From the NCBI GenBank assembly GCA_016283095.1, contig JAEEMG010000062.1, positions 4,694 to 68,693 of the forward strand: a stretch of DNA of 64,000 nt. Reading direction: 5' to 3'. Source of the DNA: Paludibacteraceae bacterium. Its GTDB lineage: Bacteria; Bacteroidota; Bacteroidia; Bacteroidales; Paludibacteraceae. Each line of letters begins with the position of its first letter. The stretch's first letter is position 1. Both the position numbers and the translations under genes were made by a program. This document shows positions 19,420 to 29,378 of the stretch, piece by piece. Below the pieces are notes generated by a model, which ran no database searches, had not been told where the DNA came from, and was given only the letters and a program-made list of their open reading frames with translations.

Positions 19420-22400
19420 ATGCGAAGATTAAGATACATAGTCGCATTGATATGGTGCTTTTTGTGGGGTGGCATTTTTGCCAGCCAGCAACTTGCATTG
19501 TCGCGTTTTGACAATTATACACAAAAGGATGGCCTAAACTATAACATCGTGCAGTGCGCATATCAGGATGCTGAAGGATATATGTGGTTCGGCACAAGTC
19601 AGGGTCTTCATCGTTTTGATGGATATACTTTTTATCCGTATAAGTATGGAAGCATAGAGGGACAGGTGAGAGGAGAGTTGGTCCGTTGCATTTTCCAGGA
19701 TTCAAAAAAACGTTTTTGGGTCGGAACTGAAAATGGAGGTTTGAATATATATGAACCACAAAGTGAATCATTCTCAGCCATTCCTTTGACTAAGAGCGGA
19801 TTGTCTAAATATTCTGCAAACTCAGTAGTAGAGACTCCAGATGGAAAAATATGGGTTGGTACAGATGATGGACTTGCTTATCTTGATTCAAATTTACTTC
19901 TTGAATACTATCATTTCCAGGAATCAGAGGCAGGAAGTGTTCCATATATAAAGACATTGGTTGCAGATACGTATGGAAGATTGTGGATCGGAACTGGTGA
20001 GTCTGGAGTAAAACTTTTTGATCCGTCGACAGAAACAATCAAATCTGTCCTTTCTGATTCTGAGGTTCGCTCAATCTGCATCAGTAAAGATAATGTTGTG
20101 TGGATCGGAACATACGATAAAGGTGTCTATACTGTTGATATCAAAGATAAAGACAATACAGAACTGAAGCATCAAACAAATTTGCCTACTACAGGGGCAG
20201 AAGCTTCGGTAAAGGCTATATGTGAAGACCGTGATGGCAGAATCTGGATCGGTACACGTTCTGGCTTGATCTGTTATGATCGTCAGACTCAGCAATATGT
20301 CATCAACGTCAATGATGTGCATAATGATATCACACTTGTGCACAATTCGGTCATTGATTTGTTTGTCGACAATAAGGGAGACTTGTGGGTTTGTACCCGT
20401 GGAGGTATCAGTTACAGAAACAGTGAAAAACAGCCGTTTGAACTTATTCAGGAGTCGAAAAACGACAATCGCTATCTGAATTGTGAGCAGGTTTACGCAT
20501 TCTTGGAAGTGCCGGGCTCAAAAGTATGGGTCGGAACAGAGAGCGGAGGTGTCAATATCTACGACATGAAGAGTGGCAAGTTTGAGTATGTCACACAATC
20601 CAATTCCGGATTGTCGGTCAACTGTATAAAGAGCTTCGCCAAGGTTGGCAATGACGTTTTGGTCGGAACTTACATGGGTGGACTGAATGTATTGGATGTT
20701 CAGACCGGTAAGGTGAAACGAGTATTCCGTCATTCCGAAACAGACAAGACCTCTATAAATAGCGACAATATATGGAGCATTTGTATCTGTCGTAACGGTG
20801 ATGTGTTGCTAGGTACTGGTAATGGAGTGGACAAGTTCAATCCAAGCAACGGTACTTTCACTCATCTGGATAAGTTGGCGTTCAACAAGGAAGTCTGGAA
20901 GGTATTTGAAGACTCCGATAAAGATTTGTGGATTTTTACTCCAGATGAAATCATCGTATATCTGACGAAGGAGGAGCGAACCATTGTCTATAAAGAGCGA
21001 GCTCGTTCGATAGTGGAGAAATCAAAGAGCCTGTTCTACGTCGGCAGTTTGGAGCGAGGTGTGGTAGAATACAATAAGTATACTGGCGAGGTAAGTACGA
21101 TTTCTGAAAAAGACGGTTTGTCTAACAATAATGTTCAGGCTCTTCTTGAGTGGCGTGAGTTCTATATCGCATGTACAACATCTGGTTTGAGCCGTATACG
21201 TAAAGGAAATAAGGAGATTGTCAATTATGATGAGCGCGACGGATTGCAGAGCCGTCAGTTCCATTATGGTGCTGTATATATCTGTTCCGACGGCCGTGTG
21301 ATGGCAGGAGGAAATGCAGGATTTAACATTGTCAATCTTGCAAATATCCGTGAAAATAAATTCATACCACCGATGGCACTTGAAGATGTGAAAATCTTCA
21401 ATCAAGAGATTCCAGCGGAACAGGTTTCAATAGATGAGAAGACGGGAGAGACATGTCTGCATTTGAATTACGACCAGAATATGGTGACATTCAAGTATTC
21501 AGCTCTTTCTTATTCCCGCGTCAACAAGAACAAGTTCAAATATCGTCTGGTAGGACAAAGCGACAATTGGATTGACGCTGGCAATGAAAACAAATGTACA
21601 TACACCAACTTGCATCCAGGATCTTATGTGTTTGAGGTGATGGGATCAAATTGTGATGGGGTATGGAATGAAAAACCGTTGCGAGTACAGCTTTACGTGA
21701 AGCCTCCATTCTGGAACACATGGTGGTTCAAGACGCTTATGACGTTGTTGATTGTGTCACTTGTTTTGATGTATCTCTACCATTATCGCAGTCGTATGAT
21801 TCTAAAAAACAAATTGGTTTTGGAGAAACAGAAGGCTGAAGAGATGGAGAAAGTTGAACAGTTGAAACTGGATTTCTTCACGAACATATCACATGAGCTA
21901 CGTACTCCACTCACATTGATTCTTGGACCATTGTCTAAAATATTAAAGGATGACGGGACATCATCTGAGTCGAAGCAGATGGCTTCGCTTGCGGAGAGAA
22001 ACGCGAATAAGCTGTTGCGTCTTGTGAATCAGATCCTTGATTTCAGAAAGATAGAGAGTGGTTCATTGCAGGCGATATACAAGCCAGGTGATCTTTCAGC
22101 ATTGCTGGAGACAGTGGTACGTGCATTCCAGACAGAGGGTGAGGCAAAAGGTATACAGATATCACTTGCTGTTGATGATGCTGCCCGTGGCAGACGTATG
22201 CTGTTCGACTCAGACAAAATAGAGAAAATAGTCGACAACCTTGTTTCCAACAGTATGAAGTTCACTCCACGTGGAGGATCAATCAAGGTGACGATGGATA
22301 TGTTGTCGCAACATAAGTATGAGGCTGGCAATATCAGTGACAGTTTCCAGATTTCAGTTATAGACACAGGAAAGGGAATGACAGAAGAAGACCAGAAACA

Positions 22401-23415
22401 TGTCTTCGAACGTTTCTATCAGAGTGCTGATGAAAAAGATGCTTGTATTGGTACAGGTATCGGTTTGAACCTTGTCTTTGATCTTGTCAAACTGATGGAT
22501 GGAGAGGTGTTGCTTAACAGCAAGAGAGGAGAAGGGACAACATTCAAAGTGATTCTTCCATTGTTTGAGACATCGGACAATGCAGAAGATGGCGACTCTA
22601 TTGATGATGTGTCGATTGCAGAAAGTCATGAAAATGACTCGGCTGAGTTGTCGGATGAGGAGAAACCAGTGCTTTTGATTGCTGAGGACAATGAAGAACT
22701 TCGTAAGTTTGTGGCGATCCATTTTGAGTCAAGGTTCACTGTGGTTGAGGCAGAGGATGGTAAAATTGCGTTGGAGAAAGCGGCAGAGCAGATCCCAGAT
22801 GTCGTTATCACCGACTTGATGATGCCAAATATTTGTGGTGATGAGTTGTGTAATAAGTTGAAGCACGACGAAAAGACGTCACATATTCCAATCATTTTGC
22901 TTACTGCGGTGCACAGCAAAGAAAGTGAGATTGAGAGTTTGAAACGTGGTGCCGACGACTATATCACCAAACCATTTGATATTGAGGTGCTCGATCAGAA
23001 AGTGATGAATATGATGCGATTGAAGGAGAAAATACGCAGTCGCTTCAAGATAGAGATGATATCAGAACCTACGAAGGTCGTAACACAGTCGCCAGATGAG
23101 AAATTCATGATCAGGGCGATGAAAGTGATAGAGGAAAACCTTTCTGATGCTGATTTTGATATCGAGAAATTTGCGGTGGAGGTTGGAGTCAGCCGTATGC
23201 AGTTGTATAGAAAGATGAATGCGATCACTGGAATGACAGTGAAGGAGTTCATAAGAAATATCCGTATCAAGCGTGCCAAGCAATTGCTTGAAGACGGTGC
23301 GATGACCGTTTCAGAAGTGGCATACAATGTCGGATTCAAAGACATCGCATATTTTAGAAAGTGTTTTAAACAACAAGTAGGAATCAATCCTTCGGAGATT
23401 TCCAAAGGAGAATAA
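19420..23415 (+). CDS. Hybrid two-component system regulator (periplasmic beta-propeller sensor, HisKA/HATPase, receiver, AraC HTH)
   Basis: Signal/TM. Repeated W(F/I/V)GT..GL propeller repeats. TM at about residue 770. H-box SHELRTPLT, G-box GTGIGL, receiver (LIAEDN...TDLMMP...K), C-terminal AraC-type HTH. Confidence 0.92.
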   Translation: MRRLRYIVALIWCFLWGGIFASQQLALSRFDNYTQKDGLNYNIVQCAYQDAEGYMWFGTSQGLHRFDGYTFYPYKYGSIEGQVRGELVRCIFQDSKKRFWVGTENGGLNIYEPQSESFSAIPLTKSGLSKYSANSVVETPDGKIWVGTDDGLAYLDSNLLLEYYHFQESEAGSVPYIKTLVADTYGRLWIGTGESGVKLFDPSTETIKSVLSDSEVRSICISKDNVVWIGTYDKGVYTVDIKDKDNTELKHQTNLPTTGAEASVKAICEDRDGRIWIGTRSGLICYDRQTQQYVINVNDVHNDITLVHNSVIDLFVDNKGDLWVCTRGGISYRNSEKQPFELIQESKNDNRYLNCEQVYAFLEVPGSKVWVGTESGGVNIYDMKSGKFEYVTQSNSGLSVNCIKSFAKVGNDVLVGTYMGGLNVLDVQTGKVKRVFRHSETDKTSINSDNIWSICICRNGDVLLGTGNGVDKFNPSNGTFTHLDKLAFNKEVWKVFEDSDKDLWIFTPDEIIVYLTKEERTIVYKERARSIVEKSKSLFYVGSLERGVVEYNKYTGEVSTISEKDGLSNNNVQALLEWREFYIACTTSGLSRIRKGNKEIVNYDERDGLQSRQFHYGAVYICSDGRVMAGGNAGFNIVNLANIRENKFIPPMALEDVKIFNQEIPAEQVSIDEKTGETCLHLNYDQNMVTFKYSALSYSRVNKNKFKYRLVGQSDNWIDAGNENKCTYTNLHPGSYVFEVMGSNCDGVWNEKPLRVQLYVKPPFWNTWWFKTLMTLLIVSLVLMYLYHYRSRMILKNKLVLEKQKAEEMEKVEQLKLDFFTNISHELRTPLTLILGPLSKILKDDGTSSESKQMASLAERNANKLLRLVNQILDFRKIESGSLQAIYKPGDLSALLETVVRAFQTEGEAKGIQISLAVDDAARGRRMLFDSDKIEKIVDNLVSNSMKFTPRGGSIKVTMDMLSQHKYEAGNISDSFQISVIDTGKGMTEEDQKHVFERFYQSADEKDACIGTGIGLNLVFDLVKLMDGEVLLNSKRGEGTTFKVILPLFETSDNAEDGDSIDDVSIAESHENDSAELSDEEKPVLLIAEDNEELRKFVAIHFESRFTVVEAEDGKIALEKAAEQIPDVVITDLMMPNICGDELCNKLKHDEKTSHIPIILLTAVHSKESEIESLKRGADDYITKPFDIEVLDQKVMNMMRLKEKIRSRFKIEMISEPTKVVTQSPDEKFMIRAMKVIEENLSDADFDIEKFAVEVGVSRMQLYRKMNAITGMTVKEFIRNIRIKRAKQLLEDGAMTVSEVAYNVGFKDIAYFRKCFKQQVGINPSEISKGE

Positions 23416-23426
23416 AGTGAAGAGGA

Positions 23427-24536
23427 ATGGCAAATAGCAAGAGTAGTTTTCTGCATAAACTGAATTTTAAGTACCGTCTTACTATTTTCAATGAGAACAC
23501 ATTGGAGGAGGCGTGGCATATACGTTTGTCAAGGTTGAGTGTGATTTCGGTCTGTTTCGCAGTCGCTGTAATCTATTTTTTGATTATAGCAGTGTTGATT
23601 ATCAAGACTCCATTGCGTTCATTTATGCCGGGATACACAAGTGCGAATGAACTTAGAAAACAGGTTATTTCTCAGGCTGTACTTCTTGATTCACTTCAGG
23701 AGCAGGCAAAAATCAACGATCAATACTTGGCGATGTTGCAGAAAGTTGTGACAGGTGACATTGCGGTGGGTGACAGTACAGCATCTCTTAAGGAAGTTGT
23801 CAAGATGGATATGTCGAAAGTACAGAACAACCCGTCTGATCGTGAGAACCAATATTGCTCGCAGTATGAAATCTCACAGCGATATGCGACAAATTCACAG
23901 ATTTCCGAAACAAGTAAAAACCGACTTATGCACCGTCCTGCACTTGGTGTTGTGCTTATGGGATTTGACCCATATTCGGGTGTGAATGGAGTGACAATAA
24001 GTGTCGACCCATTGGAAAGTGTATATTCAGCTTTGGATGGATCTGTGATCTTTGCTGGATATTCCGCCCACAACCGTTATTGCTTGCAGATACAACATTC
24101 AGAAAGTCTGGTGTCAATGTATAAGTTTACTCAGCCGTTCTTGAAGAGAATAGGTGAGCGTGTGCATGCAGGTGAAATCCTTGCCACATTGCGAGGTGGA
24201 GATCCATCAGAAATGACTTTCGAGTTATGGCTTAACGGTCAGCCTCTTGATCCAAATGATTATATCTCATTCTCTACACAAAAGAAGGTCACAGCGCAGC
24301 CCAAGGTGAAAAAATATGAGGCTGAGCCAACAGAACAACCTGTAGTCAGAAGGTCACGTCGTGATTCTACACAGACCAGAGATACAACCACTCGTGTAAG
24401 ACGTAGGAATGTGGAGCCTCAACAGACTCCGGCAGAGACTGCTCCTGTCGAAACTCCTGCACCTGCACCAGCCGCACCGGCTCCTGCTCCTGCACCAGCA
24501 CCTGCTACAGAAACTCCTGCACCAGCAGCGGAATAA
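23427..24536 (+). CDS. LytM/M23-domain protein with degenerate active site and Pro/Ala-rich tail
   Basis: N-terminal TM, coiled-coil region, LytM-like beta domain (DGSVIFAGYS...HAGEILATL). The Zn ligands appear substituted. C-terminal APAPAPAPA tail. Confidence 0.7.
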   Translation: MANSKSSFLHKLNFKYRLTIFNENTLEEAWHIRLSRLSVISVCFAVAVIYFLIIAVLIIKTPLRSFMPGYTSANELRKQVISQAVLLDSLQEQAKINDQYLAMLQKVVTGDIAVGDSTASLKEVVKMDMSKVQNNPSDRENQYCSQYEISQRYATNSQISETSKNRLMHRPALGVVLMGFDPYSGVNGVTISVDPLESVYSALDGSVIFAGYSAHNRYCLQIQHSESLVSMYKFTQPFLKRIGERVHAGEILATLRGGDPSEMTFELWLNGQPLDPNDYISFSTQKKVTAQPKVKKYEAEPTEQPVVRRSRRDSTQTRDTTTRVRRRNVEPQQTPAETAPVETPAPAPAAPAPAPAPAPATETPAPAAE

Positions 24537-24563
24537 TGATAAAGTCAGTATATCAGTATAAAA

Positions 24564-25718
24564 ATGTCACAGAAGGTAATTACAATTTTGGGCTCTACTG
24601 GTTCAATCGGTACACAGGCATTGGATGTTGTGCGTGAGAACCCAGACAGATATAAAATAGAATCTCTCACAGCAGGAGGAAACGCTTCACTGTTGATTGA
24701 GCAGATAAAGGAGTTTAAGCCGGCGATCGCTGTGATTGCTGACGAAAGCAAGTATGAGGAGGTTAAGAATGCGGTGGCAGGTCTGTCGACGAAGGTGATG
24801 ACTGGTTCGGCTGCGGTTGCAGATGTCGCTGCCAATGATGCCTCTGAGATGGTGCTTGTGGCATTGGTCGGTTATTCTGGACTTGCTCCTACGATTGCTG
24901 CAATCAAGGCACACAAGAAGATAGCTTTGGCAAACAAGGAGACATTGGTTGTGGCAGGAGATTTGGTATGCCGACTATGTCAGGAAAACGGAATCAAACT
25001 TCTTCCCGTCGACTCAGAACATTCAGCTATTTTCCAGTGTTTGGAAGGCGAACGTCACAATAAACTTGAGAAGATTATCCTTACAGCCTCTGGTGGACCG
25101 TTCCGTGGATGGACTCGTGACAAATTGGAGAATGTGACTCCAGAGATGGCGTTGAAACATCCCAACTGGAGCATGGGTGCAAAGATCACAATCGATTCTG
25201 CCTCAATGATGAATAAAGGCTTTGAGGTGATAGAGGCGAAGTGGCTTTTTGATCTTACTCCTGATATGATAGAGGTACAGGTGCATCCGCAGAGCATCAT
25301 CCATTCGATGGTGCAGTTTAACGACGGTGCTGTGAAGGCTCAGCTTGGAACTCCTGATATGCGTATACCTATATCGTTGGCAATGAGTTATCCAGAACGT
25401 ATCTATCTTGGCGGTGAACGTTTGGATTTCGGTAAGGTGAAGCAACTTACATTTGAGGCTCCAGATCCAAAAGTCTTCCGTAATCTTGCATTGGCATATG
25501 AGGCATTGGACAGAAAAGGAAACGTGGCATGTGTTGTGAATGCAGCGAATGAGATCGTTGTGCGTGAGTTTTTGAATAAGAAGATAGGTTTCTTGCAGAT
25601 GTCGGATATCATCGAAAATACAATGGCTAAGATCGCGTATATCGCGCAGCCTACGTATGAGGATTATATACAGACGGATATCGAGGCAAGAAGAGTGGCA
25701 GAAAGTTTTATAAAATAA
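24564..25718 (+). CDS. dxr: 1-deoxy-D-xylulose 5-phosphate reductoisomerase
   Basis: ILGSTGSIGTQALDV NADPH motif, LANKE, DSEHSAIFQC, NKGLE-type (NKGFEVIEA) motifs. Confidence 0.95.
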   Translation: MSQKVITILGSTGSIGTQALDVVRENPDRYKIESLTAGGNASLLIEQIKEFKPAIAVIADESKYEEVKNAVAGLSTKVMTGSAAVADVAANDASEMVLVALVGYSGLAPTIAAIKAHKKIALANKETLVVAGDLVCRLCQENGIKLLPVDSEHSAIFQCLEGERHNKLEKIILTASGGPFRGWTRDKLENVTPEMALKHPNWSMGAKITIDSASMMNKGFEVIEAKWLFDLTPDMIEVQVHPQSIIHSMVQFNDGAVKAQLGTPDMRIPISLAMSYPERIYLGGERLDFGKVKQLTFEAPDPKVFRNLALAYEALDRKGNVACVVNAANEIVVREFLNKKIGFLQMSDIIENTMAKIAYIAQPTYEDYIQTDIEARRVAESFIK

Positions 25719-25719
25719 T

Positions 25720-27027
25720 ATGATTTATACGTTAATACAGTTTTTCGCCTCATTGACATTGTTGGTGGTGATCCATGAGTTTGGACACTTTATAACAGCG
25801 AAGATATTTGGCGTCAGAGTAGAGAAGTTTTATATTTTCTTCAATCCTGGCTTTAGCTTATTCAAATTCAAACCAAAAAACAGTGATACGACCTATGGTA
25901 TCGGCTGGTTGCCACTTGGCGGATATGTGAAACTTTCCGGAATGATCGACGAAAGTTTTGATACAGATCAGATGAAGGAAGAACCGAAGAATTGGGAATT
26001 CCGCACAAAACCCGCTTGGCAGCGACTGATAATAATGATTGCTGGAGTGGTGATGAATTTTCTCCTCGCGATAGCTATTTATTCTGGTATCGCATTCCAC
26101 TGGGGAGACACGTATTTGCCAATGGAGAATGCGACTGATGGTATGGAATATTGTTGGTCGGCTCATGAGGTAGGTTTTGTTGACGGCGATAAGTTGGTTT
26201 CTGCTGATGGGAAGAAAATAAAAAGTTTATCTCAGGAATCTGTCAGAGAAATTGTAGAAGCGACGACGGTTCAAGTGGAGAGAGACGGTGCTATTGTAGA
26301 CATTGCGATCCCAGACTCATTTATGACTATGTTGATGAGAGAGGGTAAGGGATTTGCGTTCTACCGTATTCCATTCGTAGTGCAGAAAATCATAGACGGC
26401 ATGCCTGCAGCTGAGGCTGGGCTACAGGCTGACGATAGACTGTTGACTATAAATGGACAATCTGCATACTTGACACAAGCTATGAAGCAGATAGCTTCGC
26501 ATAAAAACAAGTCTATGGAGTGGAGTGTTTTGCGTGGTGCGGACACGGTGAAACTTACGGTCACTCCAGATATTGATGGCAAAGTAGGTGTGTATATGAA
26601 ATCGCCATACGACTTGTATGAGATGGAGCATGTCGAGTATAGTTTGATGGAGTCGTTCCCACATGGAATAAAGACAGCGGTCGAGAAGATAACAGGATAT
26701 GTTTCCGATTTCAAATACGTCTTCACTCCAGAAGGAGTACAGACGTTGGGTGGCTTTGGAACAGTGGCGTCGTTGTTCCCGGAGACGTTTGATTTTTATG
26801 CATTTTGGACTATCACGGCATTTTTATCTTTGGTCTTGGCGTTTATGAACTTTTTGCCTATTCCAGCACTAGATGGCGGACATATATTGTTTGTTTTGAT
26901 TGAAATCATCACACGCAAGAAGGTAAGCCAAGATGTTTTGATGAAAGCCCAGATGATAGGAGTGACGTTGCTTCTTACTTTGATGCTGTTTGTGAATTTG
27001 AACGATATAACTCGTTTATTTAAATGA
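25720..27027 (+). CDS. rseP: RIP metalloprotease RseP (site-2 protease)
   Basis: HEFGHF zinc motif in TM1, PDZ region, NFLPIPALDGGH motif. Confidence 0.9.
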   Translation: MIYTLIQFFASLTLLVVIHEFGHFITAKIFGVRVEKFYIFFNPGFSLFKFKPKNSDTTYGIGWLPLGGYVKLSGMIDESFDTDQMKEEPKNWEFRTKPAWQRLIIMIAGVVMNFLLAIAIYSGIAFHWGDTYLPMENATDGMEYCWSAHEVGFVDGDKLVSADGKKIKSLSQESVREIVEATTVQVERDGAIVDIAIPDSFMTMLMREGKGFAFYRIPFVVQKIIDGMPAAEAGLQADDRLLTINGQSAYLTQAMKQIASHKNKSMEWSVLRGADTVKLTVTPDIDGKVGVYMKSPYDLYEMEHVEYSLMESFPHGIKTAVEKITGYVSDFKYVFTPEGVQTLGGFGTVASLFPETFDFYAFWTITAFLSLVLAFMNFLPIPALDGGHILFVLIEIITRKKVSQDVLMKAQMIGVTLLLTLMLFVNLNDITRLFK

Positions 27028-27036
27028 TGAAATTTA

Positions 27037-27927
27037 TTGACTATGCATAAGTCTGGATTTGTAAATATAGTGGGTAATCCGAACGTAGGAAAATCCACAT
27101 TGATGAATACTTTGGTGGGGGAAAGAATCTCCATCATCACTTCGAAGGCGCAGACAACGCGTCATCGTATAATGGGAATTGTCAACGGAGAGGATTTCCA
27201 AATCGTCTATTCTGATACACCGGGAGTGCTGAAGCCAAACTATAAACTTCAGGAGTCTATGTTGGGCTTCTCTACAAGTGCTCTTAAAGATGCAGATATT
27301 CTGCTGTATGTGACAGACACAGTGGAGAATGGCATGAAGAACAGCGACTTCATTGAAAAGGTGAAGAAGCAACATGCTCCCGTCTTACTTATTATCAATA
27401 AGATCGATCTTACTGACCAGCAGAAACTGGAGGCGTTGGTGGCGCAATGGAGAGAGATCCTTCCGAATGCGGAGATAATCCCAGTGTCGGCAGCCAACAA
27501 ATTCAATATAGATTACGTGTTGAAGAGAATCAAGGATCTGTTGCCTGAGTGCCCTCCTTATTTTGAAAAGGATGCTCTTACAGACAAGCCTGCTCGATTC
27601 TTTGTGACTGAGATTATTCGTGAGAAGATCCTTACTAATTACGACCGTGAGATTCCATACGCAGTGGAAGTGGTGGTAGAACAGTTTAAGGAAAGTGACG
27701 ACCTTATCAGAATCAACGCTGTGATCAATGTGGAGAGAGACACCCAGAAAGGAATCATTATCGGTAAGGGAGGCAAGATGCTGAAGATAGTCGGCACAGA
27801 GGCACGTAAGGATATCGAGGCATTCTTTGGCAAGAAAGTATTCTTGGAGTTGTTCGTGAAGGTAGAGAAGGATTGGCGTAACAAGGAGATGAAGTTGAAG
27901 TCCTTTGGATACGATGCAGACATTTAA
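27037..27927 (+). CDS. era: GTPase Era
   Basis: G1 [10 protein letters not shown]3 DTPG, G4 NKID, C-terminal KH domain (GKGGKMLK). Confidence 0.95.
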   Translation: MTMHKSGFVNIVGNPNVGKSTLMNTLVGERISIITSKAQTTRHRIMGIVNGEDFQIVYSDTPGVLKPNYKLQESMLGFSTSALKDADILLYVTDTVENGMKNSDFIEKVKKQHAPVLLIINKIDLTDQQKLEALVAQWREILPNAEIIPVSAANKFNIDYVLKRIKDLLPECPPYFEKDALTDKPARFFVTEIIREKILTNYDREIPYAVEVVVEQFKESDDLIRINAVINVERDTQKGIIIGKGGKMLKIVGTEARKDIEAFFGKKVFLELFVKVEKDWRNKEMKLKSFGYDADI

Positions 27928-27953
27928 CCCCAAAAAAGAAAGGAGAAAGAATT

Positions 27954-29270
27954 ATGGCAAGTAATCTTGTAGCTATAGTGGGACGCCCGAATGTAGGAAA
28001 GTCCACATTATTCAATCGTCTGACTCAGACGAGAAGCGCTATTGTCAATGATACGGCAGGTACGACACGTGACCGCCAGTATGGTAAAGTGACATGGTGT
28101 GGAAAAGAGTTTTCTATTGTCGACACTGGTGGTTGGGTAGTAAACTCAGATGACATCTTTGAAGAAGAGATCAGAAAGCAGGTTACAATCGCAGTTGAGG
28201 AGTGTGATGTTATCCTGTTTGTAGTCGACACAATGAATGGTTTGACTGACCTTGATTCTGAGGTGGCTCATTTGTTGCGTCAGAGCAAGAAACCAGTTGT
28301 TGTGGTTTCAAATAAAGTAGACAATAACGACTGGCAGTATGCGGCTGCTGAGTTTTATAAACTAGGACTTGGCGAGCCATATTGTGTCTCAGCGATCAAT
28401 GGTAGCGGTACGGGTGATTTGCTTGACCGTGTGCTTGAAGTCATGCCGGCTAAACCAGAAGATAATACGACAGACTCATTGCCAAAGGTGGCTGTTGTAG
28501 GTCGTCCGAATGCAGGAAAATCGTCGATCATCAACGCATTCATTGGTGAGGACAGAACAGTGGTGACAGATATTGCCGGAACAACACGAGACAGTATCTA
28601 TACACGTTATGATAAGTTTGGCTACGACTTCTATTTGGTTGATACAGCCGGAATACGTAAGAAGGCAAAGGTGACAGAGGATCTTGAGTATTTCTCTGTG
28701 ATCCGTTCAATCCGTTCGATCGAGGATTCAGATGTATGTATCCTTATGCTAGACGCCACACGTGGACTTGAGGCTCAGGATTTGAATATTGTGCAGTTGA
28801 TCCAGAAGAACAACAAAGGTTTGGTTGTCGTTGTGAACAAGTGGGATTTGATAGAGAACAAGGATGCCAACAGCTCGGCTAAGTTTGAGCAGAGAATCAA
28901 AGAGCGTTTGGCTCCATTCACAGATTTCCCTGTTATCTTCACATCCGTAGTCAACAAGCAGAGAATCTTCAAGGTGATAGAGGCAGCGATAGATGTTTAC
29001 AAGAATCGCACACAGAGAATTTCTACAAGCAAGTTGAATGAATTCTTCTTGCCATTGATAGAGAATTATCCTCCACCAGCATTGAAGGGAAAGTATATCA
29101 AGATCAAGTATGTGATGCAGCTACCGTCTACATCGGTTCCATCATTCGTCTTCTATGCCAACCTTCCTCAGTATGTGAAGGATCCGTATAAACGATTCTT
29201 GGAGAACAAATTGCGTGAACAGTGGCGTTTGACAGGAACTCCTATCAACATCTACGTTCGACAGAAATAA
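27954..29270 (+). CDS. der: Ribosome biogenesis GTPase Der (EngA)
   Basis: Two tandem GTPase domains (GRPNVGKST / [13 protein letters not shown] / DTAG, NKVD / NKWD) plus a KH-like C-terminus. Confidence 0.95.
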   Translation: MASNLVAIVGRPNVGKSTLFNRLTQTRSAIVNDTAGTTRDRQYGKVTWCGKEFSIVDTGGWVVNSDDIFEEEIRKQVTIAVEECDVILFVVDTMNGLTDLDSEVAHLLRQSKKPVVVVSNKVDNNDWQYAAAEFYKLGLGEPYCVSAINGSGTGDLLDRVLEVMPAKPEDNTTDSLPKVAVVGRPNAGKSSIINAFIGEDRTVVTDIAGTTRDSIYTRYDKFGYDFYLVDTAGIRKKAKVTEDLEYFSVIRSIRSIEDSDVCILMLDATRGLEAQDLNIVQLIQKNNKGLVVVVNKWDLIENKDANSSAKFEQRIKERLAPFTDFPVIFTSVVNKQRIFKVIEAAIDVYKNRTQRISTSKLNEFFLPLIENYPPPALKGKYIKIKYVMQLPSTSVPSFVFYANLPQYVKDPYKRFLENKLREQWRLTGTPINIYVRQK

Positions 29271-29276
29271 ATTTAT

Positions 29277-29297
29277 GGGCGGACTTTATGTCCGCCC
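29277..29297 (+). terminator. GC-rich hairpin downstream of der (possible terminator)
   Basis: gggcggac-tttat-gtccgccc, an 8-bp stem 7 nt after the stop. The downstream T tract is weak (aaatttagatttt). Confidence 0.4.
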
Positions 29298-29378
29298 AAA
29301 TTTAGATTTTCCACCTTAAAGTCCGTCCACATTTGATGTGGTTAGGGGAAATAGATTATTAATTAAGTACAAAATAAT

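Noticed and set aside
22995-23519. 174-aa minus-strand ORF bridging the HTCS 3' end and the LytM gene start
   Set aside because: It is antisense to two motif-supported genes and has no features of its own.
29300-29378. Small hairpins (ccacat-ttg-atgtgg) upstream of comM considered as a regulatory RNA
   Set aside because: The stem is only 6 bp, with no promoter or terminator context that I could support.
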